A DNA stretch of 64,000 bases from Alkalispirochaeta sp. (lineage in GTDB: Bacteria > Spirochaetota > Spirochaetia > DSM-27196 > Alkalispirochaetaceae): positions 1,984,001 to 2,048,000 of the forward strand of contig OZ271854.1 of the NCBI GenBank assembly GCA_965601925.1, read 5' to 3'. Numbering within the stretch: position 1 is the first letter of the stretch; each line of letters begins with the position of its first letter. Of this stretch, positions 21,474 to 30,353 are shown piece by piece. Below the pieces are notes generated by a model. That model was not told where the DNA came from. It did no database searches and worked only from the letters and a program-made list of their open reading frames with translations. Position numbers and translations under genes: made by a program.

Positions 21474-21554
21474 ATGTCTTCCCCGATACGTTCACCGCGG
21501 TTATCGGCGATTGCGCCTTAGTTTTCGTTCGCTTTCGTCCGATACAAACATCGT

Positions 21555-21875
21555 ATGATGGTGACGCTTTATCGCCGGGAAGACAACGGAAGCGTGCAGT
21601 ACGTAACGATCACCGATCGTCAAGGAAACCTCTTTGGGTACCCGACGCTCACGCTTACCGTCGGGCGCGATTTTTTTATCACCCGAGAGCGTCACTTCAC
21701 CTACGCCGATGAAGCGGAGACGCAGAAGGCGCTTCGAGGAATGATCGATCGTCGTCTTCGAAACGGATTCGAAGTGTTGTACAGCTTTTTTCGCGAACGG
21801 CGTTTTGCGTCCGTTGAACAGTTGTTGGCACGGCACCGCAGCGACGGACCGGACGCTCAATCATCTTTGGCGTGA
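21555..21875 (+). CDS. Small WGR-domain-like protein
   Basis: Pattern Y..I...Q.NLFG...L....GR.....F..E.EA.KAL...I.RRL..GF; the W of WGR is replaced by V. Confidence 0.55.
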   Translation: MMVTLYRREDNGSVQYVTITDRQGNLFGYPTLTLTVGRDFFITRERHFTYADEAETQKALRGMIDRRLRNGFEVLYSFFRERRFASVEQLLARHRSDGPDAQSSLA

Positions 21876-21935
21876 GTCGCCGCCGTCTGATCGGCGAGGT
21901 TGACACCGAGTGTTGAGGTCCGTAGCATCTCGTGT

Positions 21936-22523
21936 GTGAACGCGGCAAATGTTCTGACGAGTACACGGTTTGTATTGAGCCCGCTCTTTTTTTTCTTCGC
22001 CTACCTGCCCTTCTGGACCGCCGGTCGGTTCAGCCTCCTGAGTATCGTGATGCTCTGGAGCATCTTCGTGCTTACGGAGATCTCCGACATGTTGGACGGC
22101 GCGGTCGCCCGATCCATGGGTGTCGTATCCGACATCGGGAAGCTTCTGGATCCCTTCGCCGATGTCGTGAGTCGGCTCACCTGTTTTGTCGTCTTTGCCA
22201 CCTTCTCGATCATGCCGGTCTGGATGTTCGTGCTGATTATGTACCGCGAGTTGGGGATCATTTTTGTGCGTATGTTGATGGCGCGCGACGGCGTTGCGCT
22301 CGCCGCACGCTGGGGCGGAAAGACGAAAACCGTGGTGTACGCCGTAAGCACCGGTTTGGGCCTCCTCATGCTGACTCATCTTCGCTTGCGAAATCTCCAC
22401 GGCCTCATGCCCCAGCTCCCCTGGTTAACGATCGGGGCGTTCGGTGTTTCGGTTATCTTCTCGTGGGCCAGTTTCGCCGATTATCTCATCGTACTGCGCC
22501 GCCACTACCGCGAACGCGGATAG
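21936..22523 (+). CDS. pgsA: CDP-diacylglycerol--glycerol-3-phosphate 3-phosphatidyltransferase
   Basis: ANVLTSTR, SDMLDGAVAR...SDIGKLLDPFAD, GKTKT. Confidence 0.9.
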   Translation: MNAANVLTSTRFVLSPLFFFFAYLPFWTAGRFSLLSIVMLWSIFVLTEISDMLDGAVARSMGVVSDIGKLLDPFADVVSRLTCFVVFATFSIMPVWMFVLIMYRELGIIFVRMLMARDGVALAARWGGKTKTVVYAVSTGLGLLMLTHLRLRNLHGLMPQLPWLTIGAFGVSVIFSWASFADYLIVLRRHYRERG

Positions 22524-22720
22524 TTTCTCCCGGTACACGTATCGTTTTTCGCTCCTCGATAGATACACATTCGTAATCCAAGATGTATTTTTTGCTCCAG
22601 GGGTTTACATGCGCGGATTTTTTATATACTTTGTCCGACATAAATGTAGTAAACAAGCCGAAAGGCCACGAAAAAGAGGCTTTGCGACTTCGGGTTATCG
22701 AAAACGTATGGAGGTAGAGG

Positions 22721-24142
22721 ATGAGTGATATGACGGCAAAAGACGTGCTCGATCTGATCAAAAAAGAGGACGTCAAAATTGTTGACTTCCGCTTTATGGA
22801 CTTTCCGGGGATGCAGCAGCACTTCTCGGTTCCCGTAAGCGAAGTCGATGAGGATAGCTTCACCGATGGAGTCGGTTTCGACGGCTCGAGTATTCGCGGA
22901 TGGCAGAGTATAAACGAGTCGGACATGCTCGTGAAACCGCAGCCTCAGACGGCCTTTGTCGACCCCTTTATGGAGATCAAGACGCTGGTAATCGTCTGTA
23001 ACATCGCCGATCCGATCACCGGTGAGGATTACACTCGTGATCCGCGCAACATCGCGCGCAAAGCCGACAACTATCTCAAGAGCTCGGGTATCGGAGATAC
23101 GGCCTTCATCGGCCCCGAAGCGGAGTTTTTCGTATTCGACGACGTACGCTTCGACCAGAACGAACATAGCGGCTACTACTTCGTCGACTCCGTCGAGGGT
23201 CGTTGGAACTCGGGAAAGGACGAAGGGCCCAACCTCGGTTACAAGCCGCGCTACAAGGAGGGCTACTTCCCGGTACCGCCGAGCGACAGCTTGCAGGACA
23301 TGCGTTCCGAGATGGTCGTCTTGATGGAGCAGATCGGACTTTCGGTCGAGGCGCACCACCACGAAGTGGCGACCGGCGGGCAGTGCGAGATCGACATGCG
23401 GTTTGCGCCTATGGTCGAGATGGCGGACAATATGACCAAGTACAAGTACGTGGTCAAAAATGTCGCCCGTAAGCACAACAAGACCGTCACGTTCATGCCC
23501 AAGCCGGTGTTCATGGACAACGGGAGCGGCATGCACACCCACCTCTCGATCTGGAAGAACGGCAAGAATCAGTTTTTCGGCGACGGATATGCCGGACTCT
23601 CGCAAGCCGCGCTGTACGCGATCGGCGGACTCCTGAAGCACGCTCCGGCGGTGCTGGCCTTTACCAATCCGACGACCAACAGCTACAAGCGACTCGTACC
23701 GGGCTACGAGGCCCCGGTCAATCTGGCGTACAGTCGTCGTAACCGTAGCGCTGCGGTCCGTATTCCGATGTACTCCAACAGCGAAAAGGCCAAGCGGTTC
23801 GAGTTCCGTTGCCCCGATCCGTCCAGCAATCCGTACCTCGGATTTTCCGCGATGCTCATGGCGGCAATCGACGGTATCCAGAACAAGATCGATCCGGGCG
23901 AGCCGTTGGATCGCAACATCTACGACCTCAGCCCGGAAGAGGCGGCCGGTGTACCCACGACTCCCGGGAGTCTCAGAGAGGCGCTCGACGCTTTGGAGAA
24001 CGATCACGAGTTCCTTCTCAAAGGCGATGTCTTTACCAAAGACGTCATCGAGACGTGGATCGATTACAAGCGCGAGAACGAGGCGATGGCTCTCGATCTT
24101 CGTCCTCATCCCTACGAGTTTGCGCTGTACTTCGATATCTAA
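22721..24142 (+). CDS. glnA: Glutamine synthetase type I (GSI-beta, adenylylation Tyr present)
   Basis: [37 protein letters not shown], and NIYDL adenylylation loop. SD GAGG. Confidence 0.98.
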   Translation: MSDMTAKDVLDLIKKEDVKIVDFRFMDFPGMQQHFSVPVSEVDEDSFTDGVGFDGSSIRGWQSINESDMLVKPQPQTAFVDPFMEIKTLVIVCNIADPITGEDYTRDPRNIARKADNYLKSSGIGDTAFIGPEAEFFVFDDVRFDQNEHSGYYFVDSVEGRWNSGKDEGPNLGYKPRYKEGYFPVPPSDSLQDMRSEMVVLMEQIGLSVEAHHHEVATGGQCEIDMRFAPMVEMADNMTKYKYVVKNVARKHNKTVTFMPKPVFMDNGSGMHTHLSIWKNGKNQFFGDGYAGLSQAALYAIGGLLKHAPAVLAFTNPTTNSYKRLVPGYEAPVNLAYSRRNRSAAVRIPMYSNSEKAKRFEFRCPDPSSNPYLGFSAMLMAAIDGIQNKIDPGEPLDRNIYDLSPEEAAGVPTTPGSLREALDALENDHEFLLKGDVFTKDVIETWIDYKRENEAMALDLRPHPYEFALYFDI

Positions 24143-24190
24143 GGTGGATTCACGAGGCCTTTTCCCCGGGGAAGGCCGGTGGATGGATGC

Positions 24191-24219
24191 GGCGTCGGCA
24201 TTGTGCCGACGCCTTTTTT
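24191..24219 (+). terminator. Intrinsic terminator after glnA
   Basis: GGCGTCGGCA-TTG-TGCCGACGCC-TTTTTT. Confidence 0.9.
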
Positions 24220-24235
24220 GTTGAATGGTGCGCTC

Positions 24236-27200
24236 TTACGCCTCGGGGGATTCACCGACGACGGAGATATAGTGAGCACGGACGCGCTTCATCGTCTCAC
24301 CGAGACGTGTGAGGAGCTCACCGGGCGGAACCGCCTCGCCCAGTACCACACGCGTTAACTTCGCCTGCGAGTCGGGCTCCGTCGGGATCGCGTGAAGTTG
24401 TTGATCGTCGTACACTTGCAGGAAGTGCTCGATCCGACGCAGGAAGAGATAGTCGTCTCCGAGGCGACCTACCGTGGCCGACTCCAAGATGCCCGCCTCC
24501 TCCAGGCGGCGTAGGGCGGCGAGGGTGTTGCCGGTAAGGATCTCGGGGTAAAAACGGTGTTGGAGCATCTGTAGCGCCTGCACGAGAAACTCTATGTCCC
24601 GAATGCCGCCCTCGCCGTTTTTGATATCCGCACCGATGAGCGGTTGCGCCGCCGTTGCCGTCGGCCCGTGTTGCCGGACCGCACGTGTTCGCAGATGGCG
24701 TACGGTGCCGAGTATGCCCTCCTTCCCGGCGCCGTCCAATCTCCGGGTGAAGGTCGGTTTGATCTCTTCTAAGAATCGGCGACCCAACTCGATGTCTCCG
24801 GCGATCGGCGAGAGTTTTATGAGGGCCTGCAGCTCCCACAGGTCCGCCTCCTCGGCATAGTAGCGGTGAAGGGTCGGAATGGCATAAACGAGGCGCCCGG
24901 CGTTGCCCCACGGTCGAAGGCGTAGATCGACGCGGTACGCTTGACCCTCCAGGGTGAAATCGGTGAGGTCGCGTACCACTTGGCGGAAGAGTTTACTTGC
25001 CCGCTCCTCCTGATCGACGACCGCCTCGTCGTCTTGGTAGACCGCCAGCAGATCGATGTCCGAGCTGTAGTTGAGTTCGTCGCCTCCGAGCTTGCCGAAG
25101 GCGAGGATACACAGCGGCCCCGCTTCGTACGCGAGATCGCGTTGCGCGTGAAACAGCGCGGTTCGTACCACAGAGCGCGCCAGCGCGCTTATCTCACCGA
25201 CGACTTCGGTGAAGTCACCGCCGAGACAGATATCGCGGGCTCCGATGCGTAGTATCTCGCGCCTGCGGAATCGGCGCAGCGCGTTGAGACGTTCCATACG
25301 ATCGGCGGCGACGCTCGTCTCGGACCGCAACTCCTCTTCAATATCGTGTTCCTCCCGGCGCGCCGCGACGACCGACGGGTCGCTGATCCAGCCGAGAAAC
25401 GCGGGAGTACGAATAAGCGTGTCGCTCAAGAATTGGCTGCCGGCAAAAATCGTCAGCATGATCTCCATGCGTCTGGGCTGAGCCAGAAGCTCGCGAAAAA
25501 ACGCCTTCCGATCCTCGACCTGCTCGGTGAAGCGATCCCAGTTGTTGAGCGCCATATCGGGATCGCCCGAGCGGCGGAGGTAGTCCCAGGCGAGCACCAC
25601 CAAGCGGGCAAATTGTTCGCGCGCCTCGCCGTCACCCGCCATGCGACGAAGATTGACAATACCCCGGGATGGGTTCCGAAATCCTGCGTCGGTCAACACG
25701 CGCGATATACGTTCCTCCCCGATGCTGTCGGAGAGCACCAAGTCGGCCGGATTACCCGCCGCTAGTCCGGGAATCGCGTCTTGGCCGAGGTGGCGTTCCA
25801 CAAAGCTGCGCACCGCCGCGGTCTCCACTTCGAAGTCCAGACGCAACTGCTCGGCCGCGGTCAGCTCACGCGTATCGCGATATCCTGTACGTCGTGCGAG
25901 GTGAATCGCCTCCCGTGAGTCGAACTCCGGGAGAAATAGATCCTGGGCGTGGCCGCGGAGCATCCTGAGGCCGTTGATCAGCGTTCTGAGAAAGCGATAC
26001 GCGCGGATCATCGCCTCCGCCTCCTCGTCGTCGATCGTACCCAACTCCGACAGCGCTCGAAGGCTGGCGTGGATGCCGGGATTGCGCAGTTGGGGATGGT
26101 CTCGGCCGCGTTCTACCTGGAGCAGCTGGACGTTGTACTCTAAGTCGACGAGCGCGCCGGGACTGAACTTCGCGTTGAGGCGTCCGTCGCCGACTTTCTC
26201 TTCGGCCTGTCGAACGCGTAGGTCTCTGATCTCGGCCGCCCGAATGCCATGGCTCTCGTAGATAAGTTGATCGCGGATGGCGACCACCCGCCGACCCAAC
26301 TCCTCGTCGCCGGCGATGTGTCGGAGGCGGATGAGGGCCAACCGTTCGGCGCTGTGCGCCTTACCGGCGGGGCCGAAATAGTTGATAAAACTCTCAATGT
26401 GGACGGCCTTCGGGCCGTCGTTGCCGTAGGGCCTGAGTCTGAGGTCGATCTCGAAGATCGCCTCACGGCGGCTATCGATCATGCCGACCGCCTCGACGAC
26501 CAGCTTCTCGAAAAACTCACGGTTGGTGATGCGCGTCCGCCGCCGCTCGTTCGCCGCATCGTCGGTTGCTCCGTCGGTATCGCCCTGGTCGCTGTATACC
26601 ATCATGAGCTCTATGTCCGACGCGTATCCGAGGGCGCTTCCACCCATCTTCCCCAGGCCGAAGACCGCGTATTGGGCCGGTAGCCCTGCGGCGCTTCGCG
26701 GCCGTCCGTAGCGTCGCGTTACCGTCTCCCACGCGAGAGCGAAGGCGCAGTCCACGACGACTTCGGCGAGTTTGGTCAATCGGTGGCTCAGAAAGAAGAA
26801 ATCGGTATTGCGCTGCAATATGTGGTCGGCGTCGATGAGATACGACTCGTGGTCCTTGAACTCGTTGAGCACGCGGCGACGGTCGTCCGGTTGAGAGACC
26901 TCGGCGAGCCGTTCCTCCAGCCGATCTCGCAGCGTCTCCGACGGAGTGCTGAAGGGGCGGTGCGCGTGGCGGTCGCGCAGAAGGGGCAGGATGTTCTCGT
27001 ACTGAAGACGAATGAAATCCTCCCACAGGAAATCGCTCGCGCCCAAAAGCCGCGCCAGTTCGCGCTGAGCCTCCGGATCGGCGAGCAACTCTCCCAGACG
27101 CTCCCGTCCGCCGTCGATCGCCACCTTTCGTACGATCTCCTCAAAGCGTGTGAAGGCGACGCGCGGATCCGCCGCTTGGTCGAGGGCGTGAGAGAACTGC

Positions 27201-27973
27201 TTGGTCACGAGAATGGAGAGCTTGAGACGCTCGATATCGTCCGGGGCGTCGACCGGTCCTCCGGACGTACGCTGAACCCAAAATGTGTCGTGAATCTCCT
27301 CGCCGACGGTATCGATTTCCAGATCCTGAATCGAGACGTCCTGGAGCGTTAGCGCGCTCGCCAGGGAGTACAAGAAAAACGGTGTATCCTGAGAAACGAC
27401 CGATACGCGGGTGAGTTCTTCTTCCTGATCGATCGCGATGTTAATCGGGAGCAGCGGCTCGTTACTTCGAGGATGCACGGCGTGCGCCAGAGCCACGATT
27501 TCCATGACGGTCTCGCGAACGGCGTCAGAGCCGTGTGCTCCCGACGAGCGGAGAAGCTCGACGAGCTCATCGGTAATGCCGGCGATCCACTCGTCAAAAT
27601 CGGTGCCTGAGGGCAGGACACCGTCGAACGTGTCCACAACCACGCCGCCCTCGGTCGTGAATATGCGTCCCGTCTTGACGTTGAAGCCGCGTGCACCCAT
27701 CACGCCGCTCAAGATTCCGAAGAGACCGGCGGCGTCGCGGGTACAGATCGTGAACCGGCAGTGCACCGCCTCCTCGCCGGAGGGCGACTCGGCCGCTTGA
27801 GCGTTCACCATCGCCAGCGGTTGTCGATCGCTCAGAGAACCGATCGCCTCACCGTGGGCTCGTATTTCGTCGTCGGTATGGGCGGAGAAATAGCGCTCGG
27901 GAAGGTCTGAAAGTATCGCGCCTACCGTCTCGACCGCCGACGGCTCAAGCGCTCGCCTGATCCGATCCTTCAA
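24236..27973 (-). CDS. glnE: Glutamine synthetase adenylyltransferase/adenylyl-removing enzyme with N-terminal tandem ACT domains
   Basis: Two NTase motifs (GKMGGSALGYASDIE; GKLGGDELNYSSDID), two DLRLRP motifs and ACT-like N-terminal repeats. Start uncertain (TTG 27973 or the ORF-track start 28021). Confidence 0.88.
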   Translation of the reverse strand: MKDRIRRALEPSAVETVGAILSDLPERYFSAHTDDEIRAHGEAIGSLSDRQPLAMVNAQAAESPSGEEAVHCRFTICTRDAAGLFGILSGVMGARGFNVKTGRIFTTEGGVVVDTFDGVLPSGTDFDEWIAGITDELVELLRSSGAHGSDAVRETVMEIVALAHAVHPRSNEPLLPINIAIDQEEELTRVSVVSQDTPFFLYSLASALTLQDVSIQDLEIDTVGEEIHDTFWVQRTSGGPVDAPDDIERLKLSILVTKQFSHALDQAADPRVAFTRFEEIVRKVAIDGGRERLGELLADPEAQRELARLLGASDFLWEDFIRLQYENILPLLRDRHAHRPFSTPSETLRDRLEERLAEVSQPDDRRRVLNEFKDHESYLIDADHILQRNTDFFFLSHRLTKLAEVVVDCAFALAWETVTRRYGRPRSAAGLPAQYAVFGLGKMGGSALGYASDIELMMVYSDQGDTDGATDDAANERRRTRITNREFFEKLVVEAVGMIDSRREAIFEIDLRLRPYGNDGPKAVHIESFINYFGPAGKAHSAERLALIRLRHIAGDEELGRRVVAIRDQLIYESHGIRAAEIRDLRVRQAEEKVGDGRLNAKFSPGALVDLEYNVQLLQVERGRDHPQLRNPGIHASLRALSELGTIDDEEAEAMIRAYRFLRTLINGLRMLRGHAQDLFLPEFDSREAIHLARRTGYRDTRELTAAEQLRLDFEVETAAVRSFVERHLGQDAIPGLAAGNPADLVLSDSIGEERISRVLTDAGFRNPSRGIVNLRRMAGDGEAREQFARLVVLAWDYLRRSGDPDMALNNWDRFTEQVEDRKAFFRELLAQPRRMEIMLTIFAGSQFLSDTLIRTPAFLGWISDPSVVAARREEHDIEEELRSETSVAADRMERLNALRRFRRREILRIGARDICLGGDFTEVVGEISALARSVVRTALFHAQRDLAYEAGPLCILAFGKLGGDELNYSSDIDLLAVYQDDEAVVDQEERASKLFRQVVRDLTDFTLEGQAYRVDLRLRPWGNAGRLVYAIPTLHRYYAEEADLWELQALIKLSPIAGDIELGRRFLEEIKPTFTRRLDGAGKEGILGTVRHLRTRAVRQHGPTATAAQPLIGADIKNGEGGIRDIEFLVQALQMLQHRFYPEILTGNTLAALRRLEEAGILESATVGRLGDDYLFLRRIEHFLQVYDDQQLHAIPTEPDSQAKLTRVVLGEAVPPGELLTRLGETMKRVRAHYISVVGESPEA

Positions 27974-28880
27974 GATGTTTGTCGTCCCGCCCGGCCGACA
28001 GCGGAATGTTGCGGCCGGCACGATATTTCTTCACGAATCCCGACGGCCGATAGGTCATCTTGGATTGGCGTAGCCCTTCGTTCCCGAGGTCCTGTTCGCG
28101 GTTGATCCATCGATAATGGCGCGGCAGAATAGTGGCAAACGCTTTGTTGATAAACTGATAGATGCCGCGATAGTCACCGAGGGCCTTCTCGAAGTGGACG
28201 ACGAAGCTGCGCCCCTTCATAAGCGCCTCGCCCAACGTATACGCCGCGGGGCGTCCGTCGACATATACCATGTAGCCTTTGAGGCCCAGCTCATCGAAGT
28301 AGGCGAGTGCTTCGCGCGCCGCGTCGTAGTCCGCCCGATCTTCCTGCGTCTCTTGCCACTTATCTAACACGAGTACCGCGTCGTCGATATGCGCCTTCGT
28401 CAGTTTTCGTTCGTCGTATTCGTAGTTGTTGATGAAGGCGTTTACGTGATTGCGCTTCTTATGGAACTTACGCCCCGGGAGCTCCGCGAGATCTTCTTTC
28501 AGATACAGGTAGTCGAAGTTGTCGCGATCTTCATGCATTTCGAATCCCAGGCGTTCCAATCGAATCCGAGTCTCGTCGGCAATGCTCTCTCCCAATCCCT
28601 TGAGATAGTCGTATCGTTCGAAGAGGTGCTCGACCAACGCATCGTCTCCCGGAAAGCCGCATGGAAGCATGAAAAAATCCGATCCGTCCTTGCTCCCGGA
28701 AATGAGCAGACGTTCGTCCGGCAAGAGCGAGAGGTGATAATCGTAGGTTCTTCGAAAGAGATATAGTCCCGCGAACGTAAACTCCGACACACCGTCGGGT
28801 AACATGGACAGGCGCGGATGCAGCTCGTCGCGCATCGAAAACGATATCGGCGCCGTCTGTGGATATGTGGGGATCTCCAT
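27945..28880 (-). CDS. DUF2156 / phosphatidylglycerol lysyltransferase-like GNAT domain protein
   Basis: SEFTFAGLY, DRDNFDYLY, LPGRKFHKKRNHVN, VHFEKA, INREQDLGNEGLRQSKMTYRP. Confidence 0.85.
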   Translation of the reverse strand: MEIPTYPQTAPISFSMRDELHPRLSMLPDGVSEFTFAGLYLFRRTYDYHLSLLPDERLLISGSKDGSDFFMLPCGFPGDDALVEHLFERYDYLKGLGESIADETRIRLERLGFEMHEDRDNFDYLYLKEDLAELPGRKFHKKRNHVNAFINNYEYDERKLTKAHIDDAVLVLDKWQETQEDRADYDAAREALAYFDELGLKGYMVYVDGRPAAYTLGEALMKGRSFVVHFEKALGDYRGIYQFINKAFATILPRHYRWINREQDLGNEGLRQSKMTYRPSGFVKKYRAGRNIPLSAGRDDKHLEGSDQASA

Positions 28881-28936
28881 GCGCACAATATACGTGAACT
28901 TGCGAGGTCGAAGCAAACGTGTCTATGATGTTCGTC

Positions 28937-30232
28937 ATGGATATACTCACATACCGCGACCGGCTGACCGACGATGTCCAGACGCGGTTTCTCCGTTACG
29001 TGCGCGTCCATACAACCAGCGACCGCCACAACACGCAGACTCCCTCAACGGAGCGGCAGTTTGATCTTGCGCGACTCCTCGCCGACGAGTTGCGCTCATT
29101 CGGGATCCAAGACGTCGAAGTTACCGAGTATTGCTACGTTATTGCTCGTATCCCCGCCACCGACGGCGTAAGGAGCCCTTCGCTCGCCCTTCTGGCGCAC
29201 CTCGACACCGCTCCCGATACGAGCGGTGAGAACGTGAATCCCCGTGTGTGGGAATCGTACGACGGCGGCATTTTGGAAATCGGAAACGGGCTTCACCTTG
29301 ACCCCGCCGACTATCCCGATCTCGTCGACTTCGTAGGAGAGACGATCATTACTACCGACGGCACGACACTTCTTGGCGCCGACGACAAGGCCGGCGTCGC
29401 CGAGATTATGGCCGCGGCACGGTTTTTCACCGAGCACCCCGAGTATCCGCATCCGGAGATTGAAATCGTTTTTACGCCCGACGAGGAGATCGGTCGCGGC
29501 GTAAATCGACTGCCCGTGGAGACGTTGCACTCCCGTTTCGGGTACACCATGGACGGGGGCAAAGAGGGCAGTATCGAGGCGGAGTGTTTCAGCGCCTACG
29601 CCGCTCGTGTAGAGATCGAAGGGTACGTCATCCATCCGGGAAGCGCCCGCGGTAAAATGGTGAACGCGGTGACGCTCGCGGGACGGTTTCTAAGTATGCT
29701 CCCCCAAACCGAAAGTCCGGAAACGACCGACGGGCGCGATGGATTCTACTGTCCGGTAGAGGTCCGGGGACACTACGGGGCCGTTACGATCGATTTTATT
29801 ATTCGTGATTTTGAGCTGAGCGAGGTGAAACGGCGCATCGCTTATTTGGAGCATCTGGCGAAGACGGTCGAAGCCGCCTATCCGCGTTCCAAAATCACCG
29901 TCTCCGCCGAGAAACAGTATCTCAACATGCGCGACCATATCGATCGCCATCCGTTCATTCTGGATATTCTCCGCAAAGCGGTCGGAGCGGTCGGTCTCAC
30001 GCCGATAATGGAGCCGATTCGCGGTGGTACCGACGGCGCGCGGCTGACCGAGATGGGTCTGCCTACGCCGAATATCTTTGCCGGGGGACTCAACTTTCAC
30101 GGTCCGTACGAATGGATACCCGTGCGCTCGATGGTGCGCGCCACCGAGGTCATACTCCACCTTGCGCGTCTCTGGGCGACGGAGGTTCCCGACTCCACAC
30201 CGTTGCCCGAGCTCGACTTATCGGCGCGTTAG
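28937..30232 (+). CDS. pepT: Peptidase T (M20B)
   Basis: RFLRYV, AHLDT, LLGADDKAG, FTPDEEIG, PIRGGTDG, NFHG. Confidence 0.95.
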   Translation: MDILTYRDRLTDDVQTRFLRYVRVHTTSDRHNTQTPSTERQFDLARLLADELRSFGIQDVEVTEYCYVIARIPATDGVRSPSLALLAHLDTAPDTSGENVNPRVWESYDGGILEIGNGLHLDPADYPDLVDFVGETIITTDGTTLLGADDKAGVAEIMAAARFFTEHPEYPHPEIEIVFTPDEEIGRGVNRLPVETLHSRFGYTMDGGKEGSIEAECFSAYAARVEIEGYVIHPGSARGKMVNAVTLAGRFLSMLPQTESPETTDGRDGFYCPVEVRGHYGAVTIDFIIRDFELSEVKRRIAYLEHLAKTVEAAYPRSKITVSAEKQYLNMRDHIDRHPFILDILRKAVGAVGLTPIMEPIRGGTDGARLTEMGLPTPNIFAGGLNFHGPYEWIPVRSMVRATEVILHLARLWATEVPDSTPLPELDLSAR

Positions 30233-30353
30233 GAGGCGTCTCGACGTCGGTCGGAGTGTCGAAGCGTTCCGCCGACGGAGCAACACGTCGTTACACGACG
30301 CGTTATGGAATCTGTACGGTGATTATACTCCGAATTTGTGATACATTACCCAT

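Noticed and set aside
22524..22720. Sigma54, NtrC or GlnR sites upstream of glnA
   Set aside because: AT-rich with a small TGTC-C-GACA palindrome, but no -24/-12 match and no TGTNA-N7-TNACA match.
22622..24109. 495-aa antisense ORF over glnA, and similar long shadow ORFs over argB, secD and the TPR gene
   Set aside because: Expected from high-GC codon bias on the opposite strand of real genes; no recognisable motifs.
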